From positions 3,239,061 through 3,303,060 of the forward strand of contig MU058423.1 of assembly GCA_013265495.1 (NCBI GenBank): DNA of 64,000 nucleotides, in the 5' to 3' direction. The position numbers were made by a program, and so were the translations under genes. The notes beneath the pieces were generated by a model. It did not search any database. It worked only from the letters and a program-made list of their open reading frames with translations, and was not told the DNA's origin. Source of the DNA: Vicugna vicugna (taxonomy: Eukaryota). Of the stretch, positions 63,335-64,000 are shown piece by piece. Position 1 is the first letter of the stretch; the number at the start of each line of letters is the position of its first letter.

Positions 63335-64000
63335 CTACAGAAACACAAAAGATATCCTGGCCGTCAAAGAAATTCTCTCAGTAAACACACGAATACTATA
63401 AAAATATAACCATCTTTGGAATCTCAAATACAAAAAAATTCTAACAGAAAAAGTTCAATTTGTGCACCTTTCTAATCTGGTAATGAATGACACAGAGAAA
63501 CATCTGGGCTTAGTGTGTGCATGCAGGTGAGAACAAACCCTGCAGCCTCATGGACAGAAAGAGAAGTGACCTCACTTAGCTAACGGGAACATGAAACACC
63601 CCCTTACATTACTGAACTTATTTGGAACAATCAACTTAAATTCACATTCCACATACCTACTAAGCATATATTTTATTTCTGTGGACATGTTTGCACACAT
63701 CATTCCTAGCAGTGTAACCTAGCTACACATGAACTACTTCAGACAATTTCTGTCTAAAGATTATCTTTTAACAGCTCTAATATAAAATGAAGCCCTAATA
63801 AAACTGGAAGCAATAGCAAACCAACTGCCATGAAGCAGTGAGGTTTCTAATTTAGAGTTATGTAGAAAATAAATAAATGAACAAATAATTGGAAACGCAT
63901 AATCCATGATGACCATTGTCTCTGAAAAGGGTCATTACCGCATGAAGGCCTTCTTGCTATGCCCTCTCACAGCTCAGGACATGTTAGTCAGCTATTGTCA

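Overview
Mammalian genomic DNA, very likely from a camelid, judged by about ten copies of a tRNA-Ala-derived SINE resembling Vic-1. Three genes lie in tandem on the minus strand. From right to left they are the last two coding exons and 3' region of PRPF38B (63334-62013), the complete coding region of FNDC7 (12 coding exons, 48693-28697, 733 aa), and exons 1-8 of STXBP3/Munc18-3 (23623-1198, continuing past the left edge) with its CpG-island promoter. This is the gene order I recall for human 1p13.3. I read every exon boundary from the sequence; all are GT-AG and the phases add up. The rest is intronic or intergenic DNA with SINEs, L1 fragments, LTRs and DNA-transposon fossils. I see no evidence of a wholly new biological system. 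The most interesting observations are: (1) a DUT processed pseudogene in FNDC7 intron 5 that appears to be a retrocopy of an exon-skipped mRNA; (2) AT-to-GC-skewed, CpG-rich patches in FNDC7 exon 8 and in that pseudogene, suggestive of GC-biased gene conversion; (3) a ~210-bp locally templated insertion flanked by a 12-bp direct repeat; (4) a perfect 95-bp tandem duplication 3' of PRPF38B; (5) a young L1 nested in the equivalent region of an older L1. Comparisons to human proteins and repeat family names come from memory and need database confirmation.
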